A stretch of 64,000 nucleotides of DNA from Cycas panzhihuaensis (lineage: Eukaryota > Plantae > Cycadophyta). The translations under genes and the position numbers were made by a program. The DNA lies in assembly GCA_023213395.1 (NCBI GenBank), contig CM041465.1, positions 75,647,741-75,711,740 of the forward strand. The letters are read 5' to 3'. Every line of letters starts with the position of its first letter. Positions within the stretch are counted from its first letter, which is position 1. Below the pieces are notes generated by a model. That model searched no databases, was not told where the DNA came from, and saw only the letters and a program-made list of their open reading frames with translations. Below are positions 39,600 through 52,419 of this stretch, piece after piece.

Positions 39600-42500
39600 T
39601 AAGCATAAAACTTTTGTAAGAATTGTGAGTAAATTGGCTTTTAGATTTTTGAATCCTCAAGAGTGGAAATACAGTAAGCACCATTCTCAAGATCCTTAAC
39701 AACTAGGTAAGGTCGTTTCCAGTTAGGAGCAAGGTTTTTTTGTTTGTTATGTAAATATTCAAGTTTAAGTATCTTGTATCCAATGTGAAATTTACGAGGC
39801 CTTAATTGTTTATCATGGTCTACCTAAACTCTAGTTTTTGAAGTGAGGTTATTTTGAAGAGTGTTTAAGTGTGTTTCATCCATCTTTTCCAACTGTAATA
39901 GACAAGCTTCTTTTTGAAAATTTTCATTAGTGAAATCTTTCAAAGACACACGCAAAGATAGTATCTCAACCTCTAAAGGCAAAACTACCTCAACTCCGTA
40001 TACTAGAGAGAAAGGTGTTATTTTGGTTATGTTCCTTATAGAAGTATAATGGGTCCACAACATGGGAAATAACTAAACATTCCAATCACGATGAGAGCTA
40101 GCAATGGTCTTAGCCAAAATCATAGCTAATGCTTTATTAAAAGTTTTAACTTGTTAATTAGCTTGAGGGTGATAGGGAGCCAAAAGAGGATGAATAATAT
40201 GGAACTTTTCACATAACTCAACTATTTAGGGATTGCAAAATAAGGTTCATCATTGATAATAATAACATGTGAGACCCCAAATCTACAAATGATATGCTGG
40301 AAAATAAAGGTAGCAACATATTTTCTAGTAGTAGAAACCGAAGAAATGGCCTTGCTCTACTTAGTAAAATACTCAATGGTAGTTAAAATGAATTTATAAC
40401 CACTTGAGGATGGGATAAAAATTTGACCAATGAGGTCAAGTCTCCATTGAGAAAATGGCTAAGGAGACACAATGGACTTAAGGTTTTGAGCAGTTTGGTA
40501 AATAAGAGTCACATGAGATTGACACTTCTTACATTTTTGAATGTATGCATGGACATATTTAAATAATAATGGCCAATAGTATCCCACTCATAAGATACAT
40601 TAGGCCATGGATTGGCCACCAAAATGGCCACCATATATACCATCATGATATTCAACCAAGGTGATTTGAACTTTAGTAGGGGAAAGGCATCTTAATAGAA
40701 CTCCATCAAACAAATGTTTGTATAAAACATTGTCTAAAAGTAAATATTATTAAGCAATGGCCCTAATTCATCTTTTCTTTTTCAAAGAAGAAAAAGAAGG
40801 AAAAGTTCAATTTAAGAGAGAGGATTTTATCTCTTTATATAAAACTTCTTCTACTGGGATAGCACCCACTTGGAGGATTTGCCCATCATGGAATATATCA
40901 TCAACAAACTTGTTATAAGGATTGGGTAAGGGAGCTTCCACCATCATCTCGATAACTGCCTTACCTTTCTTAGATTTCAGATTGACTATTTGAAGATTAA
41001 AATTTTGTAAAATAAGAGCCCATTTGTCCGCTCATCTAATAAGATTGCTCTTAGTAAGTAGATAATGAATAGGGTTAGATTGAATAATAAGAAATGTGGT
41101 GTTACCGAGAAGATAATGGTGTAACTTCTTAGTGGTAGATATCAATGAGAAACATTCTTTCTTAGAAGGAGAGTAATTAAGCTTAGGAGCAATAGGTGTC
41201 CTACTTATGAAATAAATGGACCGCTCTTTTCTAAATTCTTCTTCTTGAGAAAGCTTGCTTGTAAGGGACTCTTTTGTAGAAGATACATATAAGATAAAAG
41301 GTTTATTGAAGATGGGAGGAGAAAGCATAGGGATGAGATCAATGCCTATTTTAATTTATGAAAAGTCTCTTGAACGAGTGTAGTCCAAGTGAGAGAAACT
41401 TCCTTTTTGAGTAGGTTAGTAAGGTGTTTAGTGTTTAATGCAAAAGCTATAATGAATCATTTTAAGAAACCCAACTTACCAAGGAACAATTTAACTTGTT
41501 TTTGCATGTGAGGGGTGGCATATCAACAATGGGTCTTATTTTTTTAAGATCTACTATGATACCATCACTAGAGGTTATATTTACTAACATCTTCATTAAA
41601 GTAACTGTAAATACACACTTGGTTGGATTAAGGCAAAGATGAAATTATAACACCATTCAAAAATAGTTCTCAAATCTCGAATATGGTCTCTATGATAACG
41701 TAATAGGGCGAGCATGTTATCCAAGTAAATAATCATTATAACACCAATATGGTCATGAAAAATAAAAATAATGGTCCACTAATAGGTAGCTCCAATGTTT
41801 TTGAGACCAAATGGCATGAAATTATACACAAAAGTTTCCCATGCTATGATAAAAGTGGTCTTGTGATGATCTTTAAGAGAGATAAGAATCTAATTATATT
41901 TTAAAAAATTATCTATTAAGGACATGGCTTTGAAACTAGTAGTCTAGTCCCAAATTTGATCTAAAAATGAGAGAGGAAATTTATCTTTGGGACAAGCATC
42001 ATTAATATCATGAAAGTTGTTGCATATTCAGATAGAGCCATATATTTAGCTATAAGAACTATGTTACAAACTTATTATGAATAATCAATACTTTTGATGA
42101 ACCCCACTTTTAAAAGTTTTTTCACTTCCTATTTGATAATAGTTGATAGATGAGGATGGATGGGCCTTTGTGTTTGCCTTTTAAGCTTAGCCCCTAGGAT
42201 TGTAATGATATTATAAACAATGGAATTAAGGTGAAGACCTTGCATATCACTATAACCCTAGGTAAAGGTTGAGATGAATTCACGAAAACGATCCTTTAAT
42301 TGTCTCACTTTTTCATGGGAGCAATTTGCCCCCACTTTGATTATCTTTGGACTCTTACTTATCTCCAAATTAATATCAATGGTCTCACTCATAAGCATGG
42401 CAATTCGCTGTTCGAAATGAGGAGTAGGATTTGCAAAAGATGTAGGAGCAATTAAAGATTGACTAGGATTGACTAAAGGTGAATTGGGATGTAAATGCTT

Positions 42501-43870
42501 ACTCAAACCAAGCTTGTGATGATTAGGAGGAAGGCTAGATGAAGCTCTAGCTATTGTTTTAAGATTGCCTCATCATTCTCAAAATGATTATGTTGGTATA
42601 AATCTCTAAAGGTAGAGTCTTTAAGCCAAAATTAAGAATGATAAGGTGAATCTAAAGAAAGAATCTTTATAGGAAAGACATAGCCCTTATTTGGGAAAAT
42701 ATCTATTATTATAGGCATTTGTGAAAAAGGATCATGATGCATAAGAAATTCCTAATCCGAGCATATGACTTGATGAAAATTAGGTTCATCAATCAGGGCA
42801 TGACTTAGAGGAGGAGATATGTGAATGAATAATAATGGCATATCCTCATGAATAGTCTCCCTAAAAAGGAGAGAGGTTGTGGTAATCATATTTACTTTTT
42901 TGATTCATCTCTTATGTGTTGGATTTAATCTAAGTGAGGTATATAATAAGGATGTCTCACTTTTTGGAGGTGAGATGTTAGGATGTCTATGTATAAGGAG
43001 TTTCTTGCCTTGACAGTTAAGCCAAGCAATTAAAAAAGGAGATTGACAATAAGTCACCTCTCTAGATGATGCAATAGATGTGGGAGGTAAGAGTACTTGC
43101 TTAAAAGATTGAGTCATGGGTGTAACAATGCTAGGAATATTTTTTACGTATGGTAAACAAAGAGCATGTGTGAAGTCTGATTGATAAAATGATAAGGTTA
43201 AGGAAGTGGTTTCTTGAGGTGTGAAAGAATCATCCTGAAAGTTATCATCATCTTCCTTCAAAGGGAAAGGGATTGGAAATGGTTCTAAAGTGGATTGAAA
43301 TGCTTTGACATAACTCTCCTTTGAGGGAATAATATCAATCATATTTATACCTTTGACTTCTTGCTCAAGTGTTAAAAGAGTCTTAGTGACAAAATATTAT
43401 CCAAGACCTAAAGACTAAAAGAAATATAGAGTTAGAGGACTCTCCCGTCTCCAAGATAGTTTCTACAAATTGAACATATTATTTAATAGATTTATACTTT
43501 TGATTTACTACCTTTAACTCTACCTTATAAATGAACCTAATCTCACCAAGGGGTGAAGAACAAACAACAAACATTTGGTTAATCCATAGTCTTCCTAAGA
43601 GGATGTTTAATTCTAAATCTAAGTCAATAATAGTAAGGTCAACCATGACCGTCTTTCCTACCAAGGTAAGTAGGAGAGTAACTTTGTCTGAGAGTTCTCT
43701 TTTAGTTTTTATCATATCTTGAACATATTTACTCATAAGGTTCATAAGTAGTAATCTTTATATCTTCAACTAGATGAAGAGTAATTAGGTTTACTAATGA
43801 ACCTTCATCAATAATAACTTATCGAGTTGATGTCATATTTACGTATTTCAATGTAAAATAATGAAATGTC
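39600..43870 (-). pseudogene. Element B pol: PR-RT-RH-INT, disrupted
   Basis: PR LNILLGRLWI. RT MPFGLKNIGATY. RH KPFILYVSS...YSPSKKECF. INT WRLDLIG, TPFSLVYGVEVVLPLEVEILSLRV. Confidence 0.92.
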
Positions 43871-44429
43871 ATTGGGGTTACATTTTGCTTCACTAGGCAG
43901 GATAGACATATCAAATGAGAGAGTAAGGCTTGATGAAGAGTTGGGCATCAGAACCCCCAAAGCATTAAGAAAAAGTTGGCATTGCTTGGGGTAACTCCTT
44001 AATAAATCCATAATTGAAATACCAACATGAATGATTTTTAGCTCATCAACTAAAGAGGAAGATCCATCCTTTGAAGTAGAAGGAATGGACTTGAAATGAA
44101 TAGATCGAGGTGGAATAAGAGGTAAAGAATTAGGTTTTTGATGGGTAAATCATCTGAGGATTTAGTCATACCTAGATTCTTTATAACCTCAACCATATTA
44201 ATCATTCTTTTAGTCTCACTACCTTTAAGAGGTGGTTAGATTTGATTAGTAGTTTATTTACCACTCACTTTGGGTGAGGTGGCACACTTCTTAATTGGAT
44301 CAAAGCCTACATTCTTATCATCATTTGTCTCAACTTGCTTAGCTTTACCTTTGCTTTTATCTTTAATATCCTTAGAGCCATGTTCAAGCAACGTGTCTTT
44401 ATGAATTAGTTATTCTTGATTTCATTTTG

Positions 44430-46870
44430 ACATAGACATTGATCCCTATCATGAATGTCAGTTTGATAATATGAGCACCAAGGAGTCTTCTTTACTAAAG
44501 GTGGAGGAGGAGGATTTTGACGTTCCTTACCTTTTGTAAAGTGAATAATCTTAGTCTCTTGTTTTTATTCATTAGTGGAAGGATTTGCAATGTGCAACCT
44601 AAGATTAATGGTGTGCTCAAGTGCCCTAATAGAAGAGGTAAGATGGTCATATATTTGGTTATGACTGGGCTTAGGTTATTAGGTAGATTCTTTTCCTAGA
44701 GTAGGCTTGTCAATCTTCTTAATTCCAACTTACATTTCAAAGGCTTCAAGGGCTAAGTATTTATCTATGGCCTTTTTGTAAGTTTAAGAACCGAGTTTAA
44801 GGACTTCAAAATGAACATGAGGTCTTAAGGCATTGGTGAAGAGGTCAAAGAGAAGGCTTGAATCAAGAGAAGAGTGGTAAGCATGCACTAAGTCTTGGAA
44901 TAGTCTAACAAAATTATGAGATGATTCGTCATGATTTTTCTTGATGGATAATAAAGACTTAATGTTAGTTTTAAAAGTTTTGGCAACATCAAAATAGTTG
45001 ATGAAGGCATAAATTAATTGTTGAAATGAAAGTATTGAAGCAGATGGAAGGTGGTAAAACCACTTCAAAGCATTACCTTGAAGTGACTTAGGAAATAACC
45101 TCATCATAACATAGTCATATGGAAGGAAATCAACACATGCAAGTGCAAAAGCTTACACGTGTGAAGTAGGATTTAGGAAATGTTCACCAAAAAATTTTGG
45201 TAATTTTGGGAGAAAAAGGGGCATGGAGGATAGGAGGACCTCTTGTGGAAAAGGGGACTTCATATAATCAACCAAAGGCCTTCTAGACCTCAATGTAAGA
45301 GGGTGCTAAGGAGCAAGTTGATGATAAGGTAAAGAAGTCCCAAGTGGTGGAGATTGATCATAACAAGATGGATGAGAAGGTTGGGGATAGGAGGGGGTAA
45401 ACCATGTAACAAGATTAAGATGGGAACTTGTTTGAGGAATGGGATATTATTGAGTTGAAGGATTATATTGAAGAGGGTATATTGAATGTTGTGGATAAGA
45501 TGGATAAGGAGTATAAGGTTTAGGACCAAAGGACGATGTAGGCCCCTTTATGGGTTTTAGGATCTATTGTTGATATGTATGTTGGTCAAACGTAACATGT
45601 ACATGAGAGCTACCTTGTATACCTTGAGCGTCAATGTAAGTGTCATATGAAGGATACAGAGGTGCTAAAAGTACATGTCCCTTATGAGAAGGGGAAGGAG
45701 GTCGTCTCACACTATATGTCATACTTTGGTAAGGTAATGGATGAGGCTTTCTTTTTTTTTTTTCTTTTTTTTTTTCTTGATTCGCATGAGGGGAAATCTA
45801 GATGCATACACATATGCACACACCCATCTATACCCCACTCACGGTAGTCAGGGGGATAACTTTTAATGTCTACAACCTCTAGTTGAGTACACGTAGAACC
45901 CACTACGATGGCCCCCAGGATTGATCTACAGCCAAGCACCCAAGAATGGGGGTAGCCCATTGCTAGACCATCCCTTTGGGGATAAGGATGAGACTTTCTT
46001 TAACTAGGAAAGAAGGTAACATGAGAAGGGATGGTTCCACTAGAGAGTGAAACTTGTGAAATATAATAAGGATATTTGTACTGATGTTCAAGGGAGGGTC
46101 CCCTATTTAGTCTAGAATGAGGTACCAGATAAGATGTAGAGGCTTGATGTCGATGTCCTAAGGGAAGATGATGCTATTGAGTAGAGCTCTCAAGTGATAT
46201 GTCATAGGAGTCGATGGCATAAGAGGAACATGAGTTCCTCCTTGTATGGGTTTAACCAACACATGAGGTTGGGAACAAACTAACTAAGTATCCCCTACCT
46301 CATTAGGTGGGACATGCAATGCTTTGGGAATGGGACGATGAGAAGGAGAAGGTGGAACATTAGTTATATGAGGGTGGTCATTTTGCAAATATTAGTGCTC
46401 TTACATAAGAGGATCAAGTTATTCTTGAGGTTATTCAAGAATCAAGTGTGAGGACACTATCATAGTATGAGTATCTTGATGAAATGGGTCTTGGTAACTA
46501 GGGATAAGGACAGGAGAAGGGCTCTTAATAAGCACAGGTTCATAATATAGATTAGTGGTTTGAGCAACTTGACCCTCTTCTTGAATGGTAGAAGAGGCTA
46601 GGGAAGATGGATTCACTAAGTGCATTTAAGGATAATCAGGATAACCCTATTCAACAAGGATTTCATATAAATCAACAAATACCTTAAGAGGATAAACATG
46701 AGTCTCATGTCCTCAATGTTCAAAATAATCTTCATAAGTTAGGTAATCCTCTTGAGTGACATATTCTTAATGGTAATCATACTTATATTCCTAAGGAGGG
46801 AGGCCTTGTTGCCTCTTAGATCTACTAGGTTGAGTATGAGGAGGTATCTCCATCATAATAGAGAGATAAT
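44430..46870 (-). pseudogene. Element B gag
   Basis: MMRLFPKSLQGNALKWFYHLPSASILSFQQLIYAFINYFD, with a Pro-rich upstream part. The 5' boundary is approximate. Confidence 0.82.
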
Positions 46871-47032
46871 GTAAAAATGGAAAGCTTAAGGAAGGAGTAA
46901 AGATCCTAAAAAGGAATAAAGGTTTTTACCCTGCTTATAAAATATTGAAGTATGAGCAAAGTCTCTTAAGTGATTGCAAATAGTAGTAAATGATATAGGT
47001 TTAAAGCATGCAAATAGGAAGTTTTGGCAACT

Positions 47033-47050
47033 TCCCCAGTATGGTCGACA
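47033..47050 (-). other. Element B PBS (tRNA-Arg type)
   Basis: Minus strand tgtcgaccatactgggga, 4 nt from the LTR. Confidence 0.82.
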
Positions 47051-47054
47051 TAAA

Positions 47055-48322
47055 TGGTTTATTAGCTTAGGGATAATTACCTTAGAATGACTCTATGAGA
47101 AGAGAAAGATAGTGTAACCAGTCTCAAGGAGAAACCCTTTCAACTAATCCCTAAGAAGGGATCTTGTCTACTTATGAGTCTCATCTATAGAGAAGGAAAT
47201 AAATGAATGTAGGTTACAACATGGTTTGCATTTGCATTAAAACGATAAATCTAAATCTAATTAATTTAAATCAAGTATTAATAAGCCAAGTCTACATGCA
47301 TAAACTAACATGCATTCTTAGTTTGAATGGATACAACATAAAAATGGACATGCAACTAAATCATACCATATGAAATGCAAAATGTAATTCCTATTCGTTT
47401 TACTTTGTATTTTCTTAAATGATTAAAGAATGAGAGCAAAACACAAGAAATCACAAGAAACAAAGGAGATTATGTGTTTAAGTTGTACTTACATTTATCC
47501 TATTGCTTAGTTCTTTATTTTTCTTTTCCAATCTTTTGAATATACTCAAGAAAAAATAGAAGGATAAAAGAGACCAGTAATCAAACAATCACAAGTTTTT
47601 AGCTCAAGGCCTACTTGATTAAACTTTCAAGTATATATTCTTTTCTTGTATAAGCAGGCAAGAAGGAAAAAGGGAAACAAAACACATAATCAACAAACAT
47701 AGATGTTTATTCACTTTCCTTTTCTTTCCTTACTTGCTTATGAAATCTTGAAACCAAGAAAAGAAATTAAGAGTGTTGAGATAAGAAATATGTACCTTGT
47801 GGAAGATTGTAACTAAACAACTTCACTTCTTTGTAATGTTCTTTATGTTGAGTTGTTACTTATTAGGCAAGAAAATGACACGTAGATATGATAATAATTG
47901 ATTCAAAGAAAATAACTCTTATATGCAAGTCCATAAATTAATCAAGATTGCAACAAGAAGTATATAGTACCAAGTAAACTTTGCATGTAAAAGAGAAACT
48001 AGCTTTTTTAAAGATTCCTTCCTATTTGTCATGCCATCTCCTCTCAAAAGTTTGGGATATGCTATTTCAATTGTTGGTAAGGTCAAACTTATCAAGATTC
48101 GTGAGATAAAACAAGCATGAACAATGTAATTGCTTTAGGAAGGACTATGATTAGGAATTGAAACTAATTCAATACCTAAAAATAGCCCCTAGGCAACTTT
48201 ATCAATGTGATAAATAGTTAGGAATCAAATTTGGTTTGGTTCTCAGGTTTTATCAGTCCATGAGATCAACGAAACCATTAGATATCAATGGAAATAAAAG
48301 CCACCCAAAAAATAGTAATGAA

Positions 48323-48362
<40 letters not shown>

Positions 48363-49651
48363 TTAAAAGATGAACTTGAATCAAACCATGCATTAACTTA
48401 AGAAAGTAACAAATAATCTAAATAAAGTTACCTTTAATATGAGAAAAATGATAGAATATGCCTCAAAATGATGCCTTACTTTTACTCAATATATTACTAC
48501 CAAGTCCAAGAAGCCATAAGGATGATCCGATTACTAATAAAGGATGTTGAGGGAGAGCATGATGGACTCAAAATACTATCAAGAACTGAAGAAGACTGAT
48601 CTTAGTAGAATAATGTGAAGTTGGGCATGAGAACTGAGCAAGAATTATGACAAATGTAGCCCTCTATTCCTCCTAACAAGATCAACGTTTTCTCATGAAG
48701 ATGGGTCTCTAATCAAGTTTCAAATAATAAAAGAAATACTAGTAAGCATAACAACACTTCAAAAGCTCTTCGAAAATTCTCCAAAGACTCTCTTCAAACT
48801 CTAAAAAACTCTCCCCTAACTTTGAAAAATTACCATGATTTATAGAGAATAAGGGAGGAGGTAGGTGGGAAATTATACCATGGTTTTTATGCTATGGATT
48901 ATTTGATTTCTATTGAGAAAATCTTTGCATGCATAAGGTTTACATGACTGTGAGGCAATTGTGATAGGTTGGGCATTGTCATGCTTTGATTCTGGGTGGT
49001 TAGCATTGAGGGAAATATGCAAATCAATATTTTCTATTATTTTTTATATATGAGACAATAAAAAACATGATTTTCTTAATAAAACATGATTGTCATGTTT
49101 TATTAAGAAAGTCATGTTTTTGGGCCTATAAAAAACACGATAAATAAAAAGTGGTAAAAAACACAGAAAAATGAATATTTTCCAGATAAAATCAACTTGC
49201 TTAAGGATATTAGGTCCAAAAATAAACTGATAAGGCCAAAATCACTACAACTTGAAGTAAAAAAGAGGTTAAAATGGGACTAAAATCAATCAAATACTAA
49301 AATAAAAGTAGACAAAAATTCAGATGAAGAAAGTAGGACTTAGAGTAAGGTAGGATGCTGAGAAGAAGGTATGAAATACACCATAATATCATTCATCGGC
49401 AAGGACATAATTATCATCATACATAATGAATTATCCAACCATTTCACAACTGAAAAAAACATAATAAAAGACCAAATATATCTAAATCTATAGTTAAACC
49501 ATGAGATGAACAATCAAAAGCAAACCCTTCACCATTCACACTATCAAGGAAATGTCCATACACATATGAAGGAGATAATCACAAATTGTCTTATAGTAGA
49601 CAATTTGAATATGAGCCTAATCATTCCAAGAACCTTGATTATGATGAAACA
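47055..49651 (-). repeat. Element B 5' LTR
   Basis: Colinear with 11926-14527; adjacent to the PBS. Confidence 0.92.
49061..49121. promoter_or_regulatory. 61-bp palindrome (29-bp arms, 1 mismatch, 3-nt loop) in B 5' LTR
   Basis: aaaaacatgattttcttaataaaacatga-ttg-tcatgttttattaagaaagtcatgttttt, plus an extra aaaaacacga at 49131. The role is inferred. Confidence 0.6.
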
Positions 49652-49660
49652 TATACCAAA

Positions 49661-50240
49661 TGTTAAAACATGGTATAAGGAAAACATGTTCTCATAGCAC
49701 CTGTAAACACACTAGCTAATCATAGGTTTAGGATTTATAATAATACATTATTATGCTATGTTAAACATTAATATATCATCATAAGGATATGTACACAAAT
49801 ATTATACAAATCAAGATATAAACTATATCAAACTTATAACCATGCATAAACATCACTATGGGACACTAGATATAAATGTGAAAAACCGAAATCAAGATAT
49901 AAATTATATCAAACTTATGAACATCCATAAACATCACCACTAGACACTAGATATAAATATAGAAAACCCAAACTAGAAAAAGAATCATGGGAGAAGGTTA
50001 GAGGCTAGCACCACTCTATTAATCATATAATAAAGTCACTAATTTCACTTTTAAGTTTCTCAAATGGGTGTGTACATATTTATAGGATAATCTACCTCAT
50101 GATAAGCCTATCATATTACAAAACCTTTTCACCTTCCAATAGAGGTTGCCATTAACAATTATGCATTTGTCATATTAACCAATATTATAATGTAGGAGAA
50201 TATTAAATGTTAACCATGTGAATAACATCACATTTCAATA
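49661..50240 (-). repeat. Element A 5' LTR (580 bp, with an internal 81-bp duplication)
   Basis: Matches 1669-2156. Duplicated units start at 49808 and 49889. Followed by TSD GAAGA. Confidence 0.9.
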
Positions 50241-51334
50241 GAAGAGAATACAAGAGTTGACAATGGTCTTAAGAAAGATTTACAAAAGGTTAGCATGAAT
50301 TATTGAATAATTAGAAGCATAGGGGTGTTATCATTCTACCCAAACTTATGCATAACCCAATTTAAGTTTACAAAGGAGCTTTGAGGTGAGGGTAGGCCAA
50401 TGCACATAAAATAAACATTACATTCCTAGGAAACTACCAAAGAAATAAGAAGAGAGAAAATTTCTTTATATACATTGCAGGTGAAACAAGCTCCTCTAGG
50501 CCAACTAGTTTAATAGTTTGCATTAGACTCCATGATGATGAAATATGTGGAACTTAGGGGAGGGAGTTTAAGCATTGAAAAGATCTAGATTTTGTACCCA
50601 ACCCTATATAAATATGTATTGACTCAATGAAGACTAATTCAATACAAAATAAGGCTTCAATGGCTAATGGTTTAGGTAAAACAAACTTAAGCACAAATAA
50701 GATGGAGGCAATGTAAACACAATAAGTCATAATAGAACAAAATAAGGTGACGTATTCCCAATGAGTCAAAATGAGCAAACCTAATTTGTCAATGAAGAGG
50801 TACTAATGCTTAATAGTTTTTAACAATCTTTAACAGATAAAGTCTTTAACCTGTTACCTCATAATTCACTTGTGAGATATATAATGGGTGTTGATATATC
50901 CACTCACTAAAAAAATAGAAGTCACCTTTCATAATAGTGGCTAATGCAGTCACAGTCAAACTAATCAAACAAATCTCGTGGCCTCACAATCCTAAAGATT
51001 TATGTGGAGAACTTGGAAAGGATGAAACAAAACAAACCTACACCTATGACTAGTCAACAATTAATAATTAAAGTGACACAGGGGGTAGTGAGTTCTCCAT
51101 GAAGGTGGTTGACCAATTCTCATGAACAAGATATGACTCATGAAAGGAGGAGTGACTCTAAGTCATAAGAATTATTTGATTCAAAAACCTTTTTCAAGCT
51201 AAATAGAAGTAAATAATTACAAGAATGTGTTCATATGGTAAAAATATCATTCAACCCCCAAAAACGAAAACAAACTAAATAAAAAAAAAATGAGACACAA
51301 ACTCTATGTACACTAATCTATCGGGCAAAGTTTT

Positions 51335-51746
51335 ATCGATAAGCATTAAGTGTGATGTTTGTCAAGCAACCCGCTTTATAGTTCTACAAGCACAAGATAT
51401 GCATAATGGAAAAAGAGTAGAAAACATGAGCTAAATAATGAATATACTATAGAGCAAATGTTAAAACATGATTATGCACAACATAGCTACCAACAACTTG
51501 AATGACTAACAACTATGAATTAAAGTAAAGAGTGACATGCTACACATGCGATGAAATGATAGATCATAAATTAATAATGGTAGCATCAAACTCAACCAAG
51601 TTATTAGTAGTATGATAGAAATATTTTTCGACAGCTTTAAAGAGATCTCCATTGGAGTCTCAGATAACCTAGGTAGCTATAGATGGATCTAGATTTCCTT
51701 AAAAAGTGCCATCAATATGGATAGACCAAGGTTGGATGATAGACAT
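51335..51746 (-). pseudogene. Element E aRH, copy 1
   Basis: MSIIQPWSIHIDGTF*GNLDP...TTNNLVEF...FNS*LLVIQVVGSY. Confidence 0.8.
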
Positions 51747-52419
51747 GATGGTGGTAAAAAAAATTAATCAAAGTGACAAAGCAAAAACTTTAGATAAGCA
51801 ATGATAGACTAGGAGAAAAGAATAACTTCTAAAATAAAAGGTGTTTACTGATGGAATTAGAATAAACTCTTTTATGTAACGGGATAAATATCACTACGAA
51901 ATAAAGATTTTTAACAAATGCATGTAATTTTTAAGTCTTTAGAAGTAGGAAGTAAGGGACATAAATATCACATTGGGCTATCCCCCTAATAAATCAATGA
52001 GAATTCTGACATGATTGAAAAGCCAATATATATGCCTCAAAGGTGAAATCTAAATACCCATTTACAACTAAAAAGTAGAGAGTATGATCAATAACATCAG
52101 GGTAACATTAATTGATTAGGATAAGGTGGCCAACACTAATCAAAAGGGGTTGTTCTCTAAATGCATAAAGACAAATAGAGAATAAAAGATAATAAATAAT
52201 GACTTCTCAAGACTATAAAATAGATGAAATTTGATTTTAAAAGTTTTATGATTTTTATGGATTTTTGGAGGACGAGGTAATGTAGTGTTAGAAAGAAATC
52301 ATATACAATTTATAAAAATAAATTGGTGATGGTAGGTATGTCAGAAGAGTAGAATGCTAACTGTCAATAAAGTAAAAACTAAAGTAAATCAACTATACAA
52401 TATATACAATAATCCTTGA

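Larger units (their letters stand above)
11926..49651 (-). mobile_element. Element B: Ty3/Gypsy Tat-lineage LTR retrotransposon with aRH after INT
   Basis: About 2.6-kb LTRs at 11926-14527 and 47055-49651 (TG..CA). TSD gatac/tatac with 1 mismatch. Arg-type PBS. gag-PR-RT-RH-INT-aRH on the minus strand. Confidence 0.92.
1669..50240 (-). mobile_element. Element A: Copia-type LTR retrotransposon, probably non-autonomous, expanded to 48.6 kb by nested insertions
   Basis: LTR pair 1669-2156 and 49661-50240. TSD GAAGA at 1664-1668 and 50241-50245. PPT next to the left LTR and a Met-i-type PBS, split by element B, next to the right LTR. Its own internal sequence is only about 3.8 kb with no clear pol domains. 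Confidence 0.88.

Noticed and set aside
50246-51300. env-like gene downstream of E's INT and aRH
   Set aside because: No sustained reading frame is shared between the two copies of the block. The only coding signal I found is aRH.
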